Positions 18,971-27,327 of a DNA stretch of 32,570 nt are shown here, piece by piece. The stretch covers positions 10,279-42,848 of the forward strand of contig CAZIQW010000001.1 of NCBI GenBank assembly GCA_964541585.1. The letters run 5' to 3'. Position 1 is the stretch's first letter; every line of letters begins with the position of its first letter. Position numbers and translations under genes: made by a program. This DNA comes from an uncultured Dehalococcoidales bacterium. GTDB taxonomy: Bacteria; Chloroflexota; Dehalococcoidia; Dehalococcoidales; UBA3254. Below the pieces are notes generated by a model, which saw only the letters and a program-made list of their open reading frames with translations, made no database searches and had not been told where the DNA came from.

Positions 18971-20140
18971 ATGTCTACAGATACGTTGAAGGGATTAGAT
19001 AAGGCCAGAGCGATTTATCGGGATAGAACACATCGTGTCAAGGAGCTGCAGCAAGAGGGGAAAAAAGTTTTCGGATATCTTTGTATTTATCCTGTAACCG
19101 AGATGCTGACCGCTCTGGATATTGTGCCGTTCCGGCTCTTCGGTGACATTAATGAGCCGCTAACCAAAGCCAATAACTATCTACCATCGGTGGTCTGTCC
19201 TTTTCTGCGCAGCTATCTGGACCTGGGGCTTAAGGGTAAGTATAACTTTCTGGATGGTATTATTACCAGTCATATCTGCGACGTGGGTTCCGGGGTCCCG
19301 GCTATCTGGAATTATGTGATTCAGCTGCCCTATTCTTATCATATGGATACCCCGCATACCCTCAGGGAGAGTGCCCAGGAATATAATCGACAATTACTGG
19401 GCCCCTTTCAGGCTTCGCTGGAGCGATTTACCGGGAAAAAGTTAACCCCGCAAAAATTAAACGAAGCTATCCGGAAGCATAACAACCAGCGGGGACTGGT
19501 CAGAGAATTGTATAATCTGAGAAAATCCAATCCGCCGCTCATCTCCGGAGGTGAAACGATACAGGTTATTAAGGCGATACAGAGCCTCCCGATGGACGAA
19601 GGAAATCAACTGCTTGAAGAAGTTATCTCTGGAGTTAAGGAAAGGCATGACAGGCCGGAAAAGAAAACCAGCAGGCTCATGATATGGGGCAGTATCCTGG
19701 ACAATACCAGTCTAGTGGAAATGATAGAGGGGCTGGATGCCAGTGTGGTGATGGATGACACCTGTGTCGGCAGCCGGCCTTATTTTAATGATGTAAAAAT
19801 TACCAGTAATCCTCTGGACGGGCTGGCCCAGCATTATCTAACACATATAAGATGTCCGCGTACTTTCCTGGCGGACTATTACGCTCTTCAGAAAAACCAC
19901 ATGGATGACCTGAAAATAAGATATGGCTATCTGGGAGATTATGCCCGGGAGTGGCAGGTTGATGGTGTAATCCTGGAAGCACTGAGGTATTGTGATACTC
20001 ACGGCTATGAAATACCCTCGCTCAAGGATTATCTGAACGAAATCGGACTGCCGTGTATTTATCTGGAGCATGACTATACTCCCGGCCTTATCGCTCAATT
20101 AAAAACCCGGGTCCAGGGGTTTTTAGAAATCATATCTTAG
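18971..20140 (+). CDS. 2-hydroxyacyl-CoA dehydratase beta subunit (HgdB/HadC/FldC family)
   Basis: 389 aa. HgdB-like landmarks: GKKVFGYLCIYPVTEML, FLDGIITSHICDVGSG, MDDTCVGSRPY and LRYCDTHGYEIPSLKDYL. Confidence 0.8.
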   Translation: MSTDTLKGLDKARAIYRDRTHRVKELQQEGKKVFGYLCIYPVTEMLTALDIVPFRLFGDINEPLTKANNYLPSVVCPFLRSYLDLGLKGKYNFLDGIITSHICDVGSGVPAIWNYVIQLPYSYHMDTPHTLRESAQEYNRQLLGPFQASLERFTGKKLTPQKLNEAIRKHNNQRGLVRELYNLRKSNPPLISGGETIQVIKAIQSLPMDEGNQLLEEVISGVKERHDRPEKKTSRLMIWGSILDNTSLVEMIEGLDASVVMDDTCVGSRPYFNDVKITSNPLDGLAQHYLTHIRCPRTFLADYYALQKNHMDDLKIRYGYLGDYAREWQVDGVILEALRYCDTHGYEIPSLKDYLNEIGLPCIYLEHDYTPGLIAQLKTRVQGFLEIIS

Positions 20141-20209
20141 TATTTTGAGAAATGGAAAGAATGGAGCTATCATTGATGAGTCCTTTATTTCCGCAGACTT
20201 CAATCGGAG

Positions 20210-21061
20210 GTGGTCGATATATTCTTTGCCGGCATTGATCTTGGCTCCACGATGACCAAGATTGTAATAATAAATGAAGAAGAGTGTCTAATCGCGTCTG
20301 TAATAAAACATACGGGAGCCGAGCACCGCAGGCTGGCCAGCCAGGTTATGCAGGAGGTTATGGATCAGGTTGGCATCTCTCTCAATGATATCGAATATAT
20401 TATTGCCACCGGGTACGGCAGAATCAACGTCCCCTTCGCCGATCGTCATTATACCGAGCTGACCTGTCATGCTAAAGGCGTTTCCAGTATTTTCCCGGGT
20501 GTCAGGCTGGCAATTGATATCGGCGGGCAGGACTCCAAAGGCTTGCAAATTAAAAATGGCAAACTGCTGGATTTTGTCATGAACGACAAATGCGCCGCTG
20601 GTACGGGCCGGTTCCTGGAAGTTCTTGCCGGTACGCTGGGTATCAGGGTAGAAGACCTGGGTGCTCTTTCTTTAAAAGCCAAAAACAAAATAGAAATCAG
20701 CAGTCCCTGTACTGTTTTTATCCGGCAGGAAGTGGCCGACCATCTTAGTAATGGCATACCGGTAGAAGATATAGTAGCGGGTCTGCATAATGCCGTAGCG
20801 GGAAAAGTGGCCAAAATGGTAAAAAGGTTGAAGCTGGAGCCGGATGTTGTCTTTACGGGCGGTGTAGCCAGGAATATCGGTGTGGTGAAAGCGCTGGAAG
20901 AGAACCTGGGCTGTCCGGTGCTGGTGCCGGAGGAGCCGCTTCTCAGCGGGGCGCTGGGGGCGGCCATACTAGGTAAAGAAATTATCTTGAAAGCGCTGGC
21001 GGAAGGCCAGACCGTGCAGCGGAGCGAGCGTCTCCTGGTGGAATCCAGGTTATTTTCGTAG
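20210..21061 (+). CDS. Dehydratase activator ATPase (HgdC/HadI/FldI, BcrAD_BadFG family), canonical copy
   Basis: Motifs: GIDLGSTMTK, ATGYGR, ELTCHAKG, DIGGQDSK, NDKCAAGTGRFLE, SSPCTVFIRQE and TGGVARN. The start is uncertain. GTG 20210 overlaps the only nearby GGAGG (20206-20210). The next in-frame ATG (20252) would delete the phosphate-1 motif. Confidence 0.8.
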   Translation: MVDIFFAGIDLGSTMTKIVIINEEECLIASVIKHTGAEHRRLASQVMQEVMDQVGISLNDIEYIIATGYGRINVPFADRHYTELTCHAKGVSSIFPGVRLAIDIGGQDSKGLQIKNGKLLDFVMNDKCAAGTGRFLEVLAGTLGIRVEDLGALSLKAKNKIEISSPCTVFIRQEVADHLSNGIPVEDIVAGLHNAVAGKVAKMVKRLKLEPDVVFTGGVARNIGVVKALEENLGCPVLVPEEPLLSGALGAAILGKEIILKALAEGQTVQRSERLLVESRLFS

Positions 21062-21072
21062 GTTGTATTAAA

Positions 21073-21852
21073 ATGGCGTACTATATGGGAATCGATATCG
21101 GGACCGGAAGCAGCAAAGGGATGATTATCCGGGACAGCCAGCCTTTAGCGGTTTGTTCGCTTTCCTCCGGAATCAATTATGTCAGAGCCGCTGATGCATT
21201 ACTTTCGGAGCTTCTGAAAGAGGCAGGGGTTTCCCTGGCCGAAATTAAATATACTGTAGCTACCGGCCAGGGCGCTTCCAGTGTTTCTTACAGCAATCAG
21301 AGTATCAGCGATATGCGTTGCTGTGCCAGAGGAATATCCAGCCTGTTTCCCGAGGCGCGGACAATAATCGATGTGGAAGGGCAAACTACGCAGGTGATGC
21401 GGCTGAGTAAAACCGGACTGATGGCTGATTTTATAACCAGTGAGAAATGCGCCAGCGGCAGCGGGCGCTTCATAGATATAATATCCAATGTTTTACAAAT
21501 TCCCCTGACAGAAATCGGACCGTTATCCCTCAAGTCACAAAATCCGGTGACTTTTACCACTGCCTGTGCCGTTTTTGGGGAATCCGAAGCTGTATCCCGT
21601 GTTGCTGAAGGAGTGCCTGCGGAAGATATTCTGGCCGGGGTCCATCGGGCTATGGCGGAAAAAATTAAAACTATGATAGAAAGAGTGGGGCTGGATGAAG
21701 CTTGTGTTATCTGTGGTGGAGGCGGTTTGAATATCGGACTGGTGAAGACGCTGGAAGCTGTATTAGGGGTTAAACTCCTGATACCGCCGCAGCCGCATCT
21801 GGTGACTGTCTTCGGGGCCGCCTTAATGGCCCGGGAAGCCAGTGAAATATGA
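21073..21852 (+). CDS. Second dehydratase-activator-family ATPase, divergent paralogue
   Basis: It has the same fold landmarks with substitutions at conserved positions: GIDIGTGSSK, ATGQGA, DMRCCARG, DVEGQTTQ, SEKCASGSGRFID, TTACAVFGESE and CGGGGLN. Both cluster-ligand Cys residues are retained. Confidence 0.75.
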   Translation: MAYYMGIDIGTGSSKGMIIRDSQPLAVCSLSSGINYVRAADALLSELLKEAGVSLAEIKYTVATGQGASSVSYSNQSISDMRCCARGISSLFPEARTIIDVEGQTTQVMRLSKTGLMADFITSEKCASGSGRFIDIISNVLQIPLTEIGPLSLKSQNPVTFTTACAVFGESEAVSRVAEGVPAEDILAGVHRAMAEKIKTMIERVGLDEACVICGGGGLNIGLVKTLEAVLGVKLLIPPQPHLVTVFGAALMAREASEI

Positions 21853-21988
21853 ATATCTTCAGGGGAATACAACAGTAATCGCTTAATCCCCTCGTAAAAT
21901 CGCGATATTAAGCCGGTTGGCGGTATTGTATCATAAGTGTAGAGGCAATAACGGGACACGCCGTATTTTATTTTAAGGAGTGAGCTAC

Positions 21989-23152
21989 ATGGATACGGAA
22001 TACGTCCAGGTGTTAAAGCATCTTATTTCGATAGACACTTCAGTTCCTCCCGGGAAGAATTACGCAGAAGCTATTAATTACCTGGCGCCTTTATTTGCCG
22101 GTACCGGTTTCGAGACTCAGAAAGTGGAAATACCACCCGATTTTGCCGAAGGCCGGGAAGGTCGCATAAATCTTATCTGTCACCGGAGAGATTCTTTCAA
22201 GCCCAGGTTGATATTCTACGGGCATATTGATGTGGTCCCGGCACAGGGGTGGGATGCTTTCACTGCGCGAGTAGAAAACGGGAAAATATATGGGCGGGGG
22301 GCAGCAGATATGAAAGGGGCGATCCCCGCTTTATTGATGGCGCTGGAGAAGTGTAAAAACGAGCCATTGTTATACAGCACATCGGTGATGATTACCACGG
22401 ATGAAGAATTAAGCCAGGCCAGCCAGTTGCGCTTTATCCGTCAGTTTTTACAGCCAGTACGAGATGCTTACTTTTTCGACCTTGATTCAAACTTTGGCTA
22501 TGTGAGTATTGCTGGCCTGGGAGCGGTACAGATGAATATCCGGGTAAAAGGCAAGTCGGTACATTCCGGTTTGTCTCATCTGGGTGAGAATGCAGTAGAA
22601 CAGGCCAGTTTATTAATAAATGCTCTGTTGAAGCTGAAAAGGAAAGTTACACGGAAAAAATCAAAGATACAGGTTCATCCGGATACGGGATTAGACACTA
22701 TGGTGCCCCGTTTGAATATAAATATGGTACATGGTGGTTTGAAAGTTAACATAATACCGGATGAATGCATCATCTCTATCGACCGCAGGTTAATACCGGA
22801 GGAGAATGTGAAGGATGCCAGGAAAGAAATCCTGGACACTCTCTCTTCTGTACGGAAAGTACACTGGGATATCCAGGAAGAATTCAGTATACCTACTGTG
22901 CCTCCCTGTGAAGACCCTGTTACCGATAAGCTGGTTTACTTGCTGAAAGATATTACCGGTAAAGGGGACAAATACGGAGAGATGGGTTCCGGCGATTTGG
23001 CTAATATTGTGATCAATGAATGGCAGGCAAAAGAATTTGGCCTGGGTGTCATACGCACGGATAGTAATATTCACGGCAATAACGAATATGTATATCAAAA
23101 AGATATTGAAGCACTGTCCGAGATAATATATCGTTTTTTGACGGGCAAGTAA
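21989..23152 (+). CDS. M20-family metallo-amidohydrolase/peptidase (ArgE/DapE/ACY1-like)
   Basis: Motifs: YGHIDVVPA, GRGAADMKG, TTDEE and SVHSG. ATG 21989 lies 8 nt after AAGGAG (21975-21980). The track GTG 21980 overlaps the Shine-Dalgarno and is rejected. Confidence 0.8.
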   Translation: MDTEYVQVLKHLISIDTSVPPGKNYAEAINYLAPLFAGTGFETQKVEIPPDFAEGREGRINLICHRRDSFKPRLIFYGHIDVVPAQGWDAFTARVENGKIYGRGAADMKGAIPALLMALEKCKNEPLLYSTSVMITTDEELSQASQLRFIRQFLQPVRDAYFFDLDSNFGYVSIAGLGAVQMNIRVKGKSVHSGLSHLGENAVEQASLLINALLKLKRKVTRKKSKIQVHPDTGLDTMVPRLNINMVHGGLKVNIIPDECIISIDRRLIPEENVKDARKEILDTLSSVRKVHWDIQEEFSIPTVPPCEDPVTDKLVYLLKDITGKGDKYGEMGSGDLANIVINEWQAKEFGLGVIRTDSNIHGNNEYVYQKDIEALSEIIYRFLTGK

Positions 23153-23173
23153 GTTTCCTGTGGCGAAGGGAAT

Positions 23174-23812
23174 TTAATCCAGTGATAACCAGGGGGGTAG
23201 AAAATAGTAGAACCCCATCCCTGCAAAGGCGAACAGGAGATATTTGGGGAATTTCCCCAGCAACAATGCCGGCAGAAACTTGTATAATGGCATCTTAGCT
23301 GTGCCGGCAATGATACCGCCGATGTCGAACGGTAGTATGGGTTGTATGGCGAGTACCAGAATGGCCCAAAACCCATACCTGTCAATCCATCCTTCAATCC
23401 GGTGATAACCTATGATACTCTCCGGGATGGCTACTTTCCTTCCCAGTAATCCGGCATAGTAGCCGCTCAACTCACCCAGAGTGCCTCCTGTGGCTGCGCA
23501 TAGAGCGATAATCCAGGGATCAAATTTGGAGGCTGCGGTAGCAATGACAATTATGGCAAAGGGGACAGGGGCTATGATGGTTATATTAGCGATAAGAGCG
23601 GCCAGGAATACCGAGATATAGGCTACCGATGCATAGCGATAGAGAGGAAATGCACTCAGGTCCACAAGACGCAGAAGATAGACGAATATATAACTCACTC
23701 CGATAAGACCGATAAGTACAAGCACCAGCCTGACCCAGCGAACCCGGGTTGTCGGCCGGATAATAAGTTCTATCGCGTCTCTGAATACTGTCATTTGTTT
23801 TCTTATTATCAA
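23174..23812 (-). CDS. DedA/VTT (SNARE-associated, TVP38/TMEM64-like) family membrane protein
   Basis: 212-aa polytopic protein. The C-terminal half YGFWAILVLAIQPILPFDIGGIIAGTAKMPLYKFLPALLLGKFPKY resembles the VTT domain. The track start is TTG. ATG at codon 7 (23794) is an alternative. Confidence 0.55.
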   Translation of the reverse strand: MIIRKQMTVFRDAIELIIRPTTRVRWVRLVLVLIGLIGVSYIFVYLLRLVDLSAFPLYRYASVAYISVFLAALIANITIIAPVPFAIIVIATAASKFDPWIIALCAATGGTLGELSGYYAGLLGRKVAIPESIIGYHRIEGWIDRYGFWAILVLAIQPILPFDIGGIIAGTAKMPLYKFLPALLLGKFPKYLLFAFAGMGFYYFLPPWLSLD

Positions 23813-23906
23813 CTATTTCCTTCAGTTTGTAAAAAAAGTTTTTCTCCCTTGATTCTTTTAAATACATACTTATACATACTGAATATAGACTAAATACGTA
23901 CGTTAT

Positions 23907-23935
23907 TTGAACGGAATACGTACTGATGTTATAAT
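23907..23935 (+). promoter_or_regulatory. Sigma-70-like promoter for the DUF998 gene (TTGAAC-17 nt-TATAAT)
   Basis: The -35 is TTGAAC at 23907-23912, followed by a 17-nt spacer and the consensus -10 TATAAT at 23930-23935. This lies about 45 nt upstream of ATG 23978. Confidence 0.5.
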
Positions 23936-23977
23936 GTTTTTACTGAGAAAGGATTGACTGTTTGGCGAGGCTGGGAT

Positions 23978-25048
23978 ATGGAGTTATCTCTTGGTCGAAA
24001 AGGAGAGAAACAAGAGTCGGGTATTTGCCGTAAGCTGGCTTTAGCAGGTATTCTGGCGCCTCTAATCTTCTGGCTGATTCCTATCTTCGTGGCCGCAACA
24101 CTGTCTGACTATAACGCTCTAAGATATACCATTAGCGCTCTGGTGCTGACTCCTCAGGGATGGCTGCAGACTCTGGCTTTTTGTTCTTTCGGTATCCTGG
24201 TCATGCTCTTTTCTTTCGGCCTGTATTCCGGGATAATCAGAAAGAGCGGATTAAAGGCCAGCATCGTGTTTTTGTTCCTGACAGGCCTGGGTACTCTGAT
24301 TATCGGTATTTTCCCCACTGATCTTGGCCCGACGGTATCCTTGCACGCCAGGATTCATCATGACACGGTAAAAGTAGTAGGGGCGCTTTTCCCGCTCTTA
24401 TGTTTTCTACTATTGCCCAGTTTGAAAGCGGACCCCCGATGGAAAGGGTTTGTTCTTTATACCGGTTTCGCCGGAGCTGTGGCTGTTCTGCTGATTCCGG
24501 TCTGGTTTATCGGCAACTCTACTGGCTGGATGTACTACTGGGTAGGATTATATGAGAGAATATTTGCCGCCAATTCAATTATCTGGCTGGAAGTTATGGC
24601 TGTCAGGTTGATACTTCTTCCGGCCGGTTCAGAAAGAACCGGGATAGAAATCAAATCCTTTAATACTGAATACATGGGTGGTAGTTTCTGGCGGCATCTG
24701 GGTGAGAGTGCACGGCTGGTTTATCTTAAAATCGTTGAACGAAAACCGGGAGCGGGAAAGAAATCTGCTGTGATGGAAATATCCAGGTATACGGTTTTCG
24801 GAGCATTATTAGCCGTAGCCGTGAGAAATTACCGCCGCCAGAATCAGTCCATAAAAAACAACCCGAAGGCAACCGGGTTGCCTGCGGCAAACTCTGTCAT
24901 GTTCTGGGTTGCCGGGGGGTTGGGCAGACACCTGGGATTAACCCCGCTTACTAACCTCGCGTTGACTATTGTCAAAGACGAAAAACAAAGAACCAGTATC
25001 CCGTTTCTCAACATGGCTTACAAACGGGATACTGGTTCTTCTTCTTAG
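23978..25048 (+). CDS. DUF998-like polytopic membrane protein with an unassigned C-terminal extension of about 140 aa
   Basis: The first 222 or so residues of the track ORF are six hydrophobic segments with DUF998-like features (YTISALVLTPQGWLQTLAFCSFGIL). ATG 23978 is preceded by GAGG 7 nt upstream. The track start is TTG 23954. I cannot assign the C-terminal part (24620-25048). Confidence 0.5.
   Translation: MELSLGRKGEKQESGICRKLALAGILAPLIFWLIPIFVAATLSDYNALRYTISALVLTPQGWLQTLAFCSFGILVMLFSFGLYSGIIRKSGLKASIVFLFLTGLGTLIIGIFPTDLGPTVSLHARIHHDTVKVVGALFPLLCFLLLPSLKADPRWKGFVLYTGFAGAVAVLLIPVWFIGNSTGWMYYWVGLYERIFAANSIIWLEVMAVRLILLPAGSERTGIEIKSFNTEYMGGSFWRHLGESARLVYLKIVERKPGAGKKSAVMEISRYTVFGALLAVAVRNYRRQNQSIKNNPKATGLPAANSVMFWVAGGLGRHLGLTPLTNLALTIVKDEKQRTSIPFLNMAYKRDTGSSS
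24988..25040. terminator. Bidirectional intrinsic-terminator hairpin shared by the convergent DUF998 and NifU-like genes
   Basis: A perfect 19-bp stem pairs AAGAACCAGTATCCCGTTT (24988-25006) with AAACGGGATACTGGTTCTT (25022-25040) around a 15-nt loop. On the minus strand it is followed by TGTTTTTCGTCTTT. On the plus strand it is followed by CTTCTT and the TAG stop. Confidence 0.65.
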
Positions 25049-25083
25049 GTTGAAGCTGGTATTTTAAACCAGGGACGCTCAGG

Positions 25084-25302
25084 CTAGACGCCGACGACTT
25101 CTTTGACTTCAGGTACCTGTTGTTTTAGAATCCGCTCGATGGTTTGTTTTAATGTCATAGTTGCCATAGGACAACCGCCACAAGCGCCGGTCAGCTTCAC
25201 TTTAACTACACCATCATCTATGCTTACCAGTTCTACGTCGCCGCCATCGGCCTGCAGAGCCGGTCTTATCTGGTCTAAGGTTGCTTTTACTTTATCGTTC
25301 AT
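25084..25302 (-). CDS. NifU C-terminal-domain (Nfu-type) Fe-S cluster assembly/carrier protein
   Basis: 72 aa: IRPALQADGGDVELVSIDDGVVKVKLTGACGGCPMATMTLKQTIE, with the CxxC motif. An AAGGAGG Shine-Dalgarno lies upstream. Confidence 0.85.
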   Translation of the reverse strand: MNDKVKATLDQIRPALQADGGDVELVSIDDGVVKVKLTGACGGCPMATMTLKQTIERILKQQVPEVKEVVGV

Positions 25303-25508
25303 GAAAATCCTCCTTTATTCTATTCTGAAATAGGATGGCCATAAAGTCAAATATTAACCTTGCTTTAATTTAAAGCGTCTTGAATTTAGTCTCCTGATCC
25401 TTTATTATCTGAGTTACCGGTCTGATAGTTTGCTATGTCTGCAGTGCATTCCGGACGGTTAACTGCAGGGAATACAATTTTCTAAATTAAAAATCAACAG
25501 GAGAAATA

Positions 25509-27245
25509 ATGAGTAAAGAATGGCGTCAGCAAATCAGCCAACCCCAGTATGGCATTAAAACCGAAAAAAATATACCTGTAACGATGCGGGATGGTGTTAA
25601 GCTGTCAGTGAATATTTACCGTCCTGATGCACCGGGCAAATTCCCGGCCCTGTTTGCAATGGGGGGCTATGGCAAGGAGTTACAGGAGGAATTGATATCG
25701 CCGCAACCGCTGCGAAAAAGTCCTATCTGGGATGGTAATATTGAAGCTGGAGACACTCCGGATATCGTTTCTCGGGGCTACATCCATGTTATTGCGGATG
25801 CCAGAGGTACTGGTGTTTCCGAAGGGGAATACCCGGGATTGTGGTCGCAGCAGGAAGGAAAAGATGGAGCTGATATCGTCGAGTGGATTGCCAGACAACC
25901 GTGGTGTGATGGCAACGTAGGGATGATAGGCTACTCATATTACGGCGGTATACAGCTTAAAGTGGCTATCCAGCAGCCACCCCATCTAAAGAGTATCATT
26001 TGCGCTCATCTGTCATATGACTTTTATCGCGACCTGGTCTATCAGGGAGGTGTACTGATACTGTTCATGTATGGCTTATGGGATGGGCGCCACGGTACCA
26101 GCGGCTACGCTCCTAAAGATCGCACCTCTCAGATGGTGAAAAACCTGTCACCGGAGGAATTGGAACGACGGCGTCAGGAACTCCTGAATGAACCAGATAT
26201 TAAGAACTATCCCAATCTTTTCCACCTGTTAAACTACCCCTATAAAAACCCGCAATTTTTTGATTATTTGCTGAACCCCTTCGACGGGCCTTTCTGGCAG
26301 GACAGGTCAGTTTATCCTTTCATTGACAAAATCAAGGTTCCTACCTATATCATCGGCAAAGTTGGCGGCTCCAGGGGTTACTGGGATGTCTATGAGAACT
26401 TAAAGACTACCAAGAAGCTCATGGTGAAGCCTATCGGTACGGAAGAGCGTCCCTGGAGAGAGGACATAGAGACCATTATCAGATGGCATGACCACTGGTT
26501 AAAAGGAAATGATACTGGCATCATGGAGGAACCCCAGGTAAAGGTGTGGGTACCGGGCGCTAACAAATGGTATTACGGTGAAGACCTGCCGCTGAAAAAA
26601 CCCGAATTTACCAACTGTTATTTACGCCGCTGGGAAAGCTTATCTTTCGAGCCCGAGCTGCTACAGCCGCTGCCTGACTGCTTCATGCAGCAGCCCCTCC
26701 ATCTTTCCACCAAGAGAGACTCGGTCAAATATATTAGCCCGCCTCTGCCTGCCGATCTTGAAGTCATCGGTCCGGCAGCCTTCAACTTTTTTGCTTCCAT
26801 CGATACGGATGACGCTCATTTTATAGCTAGATTGTCCGATGTCGCGCCGACAGGCAACGAAATCACGTTATCCAGAGGCGTCCTGAAAGCTTCTCATAGA
26901 GCTACCGATGCCGTGAAAACCAGACCATACCTGCCCTATCATCCCCATGATAAGGCCGTACCGGTGAATCCGGGTGAAATCAATGAATATAATATCGGCC
27001 TGGGTAACGTCGTCAACGTTTTTAAAGCCGGCCACCGTATTAAACTGGAGATTGACAGCATGCTGGCTCCGAGAGACCCGGAAATCCAGATTCATTATCA
27101 TCCACTGCTGAACAGTTCCCGCATCACCACGCACAAGATTTATCGTAACAGGGAATATCAGTCTCACATAGTGCTTCCGATTACTTCCGGGAAAGAAGCA
27201 GTTGAGGATGTTATGACCGATGAAAGCTTCCAGGGGGGATTGTAG
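25509..27245 (+). CDS. CocE/NonD-family (peptidase S15, X-Pro dipeptidyl-peptidase-like) alpha/beta hydrolase
   Basis: 578 aa. Landmarks: N-terminal VTMRDGVKLSVNIYRPD...GKFPALF, and the nucleophile elbow GMIGYSYYGG. The C-terminal beta-sandwich region is typical of the family. An AGGAGA Shine-Dalgarno lies upstream. Confidence 0.75.
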   Translation: MSKEWRQQISQPQYGIKTEKNIPVTMRDGVKLSVNIYRPDAPGKFPALFAMGGYGKELQEELISPQPLRKSPIWDGNIEAGDTPDIVSRGYIHVIADARGTGVSEGEYPGLWSQQEGKDGADIVEWIARQPWCDGNVGMIGYSYYGGIQLKVAIQQPPHLKSIICAHLSYDFYRDLVYQGGVLILFMYGLWDGRHGTSGYAPKDRTSQMVKNLSPEELERRRQELLNEPDIKNYPNLFHLLNYPYKNPQFFDYLLNPFDGPFWQDRSVYPFIDKIKVPTYIIGKVGGSRGYWDVYENLKTTKKLMVKPIGTEERPWREDIETIIRWHDHWLKGNDTGIMEEPQVKVWVPGANKWYYGEDLPLKKPEFTNCYLRRWESLSFEPELLQPLPDCFMQQPLHLSTKRDSVKYISPPLPADLEVIGPAAFNFFASIDTDDAHFIARLSDVAPTGNEITLSRGVLKASHRATDAVKTRPYLPYHPHDKAVPVNPGEINEYNIGLGNVVNVFKAGHRIKLEIDSMLAPRDPEIQIHYHPLLNSSRITTHKIYRNREYQSHIVLPITSGKEAVEDVMTDESFQGGL

Positions 27246-27279
27246 GGGAGAGAGCTAGAGAGGGGATAAATTGAGTATT

Positions 27280-27307
27280 AAAGGGCGACCCGAGCGGGTC
27301 GCCCTTT
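27280..27307. terminator. Bidirectional terminator hairpin between the convergent CocE/NonD and nitroreductase genes
   Basis: AAAGGGCGACCC-GAGC-GGGTCGCCCTTT forms a 12-bp stem with a GC-rich core, flanked by A and T runs on both sides. Confidence 0.7.
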
Positions 27308-27327
27308 GAGCTTGCCTGTATTTCAGC

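Noticed and set aside
20152-20238. 28-codon upstream ORF (MERMELSLMSPLFPQTSIGGGRYILCRH) overlapping the start of the first activase in another frame. It could indicate a frameshift or coupling.
   Set aside because: It has no similarity to activase N-termini, so a frameshifted gene is not supported. It is too weak to call. The uncertain GTG start of the activase is noted in the feature instead.
17565-21852. Interpreting the four genes as a class I benzoyl-CoA reductase (BcrCBAD/BzdNOPQ), given the two ATPase subunits.
   Set aside because: This reading is not favoured. The large-then-small subunit order, the HgdA-like motifs (YPEN, ICGYAR) and HgdB-like motifs (DGIITxxxCD, DDxCxxxSR), and the adjacent family III CoA-transferase all fit a dehydratase. 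It is not excluded without phylogeny, so it is kept as the alternative in the findings.
20467-21959. Long antisense ORFs (20467..20967, 166 aa; 21297..21959, 220 aa) opposite the two activase genes.
   Set aside because: Their translations are low-complexity and rich in Ser, Pro, Ala and Thr, with no recognisable motifs and no Shine-Dalgarno. They fully overlap genes with strong family signatures on the plus strand. They are typical shadow ORFs.
24844-25014. 56-aa minus-strand ORF (MLRNGILVLCFSS...) spanning the region between the two minus-strand terminators.
   Set aside because: Its ATG sits in the loop of the 19-bp terminator hairpin with no Shine-Dalgarno, and the ORF runs through a second terminator. 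It is more likely non-coding.
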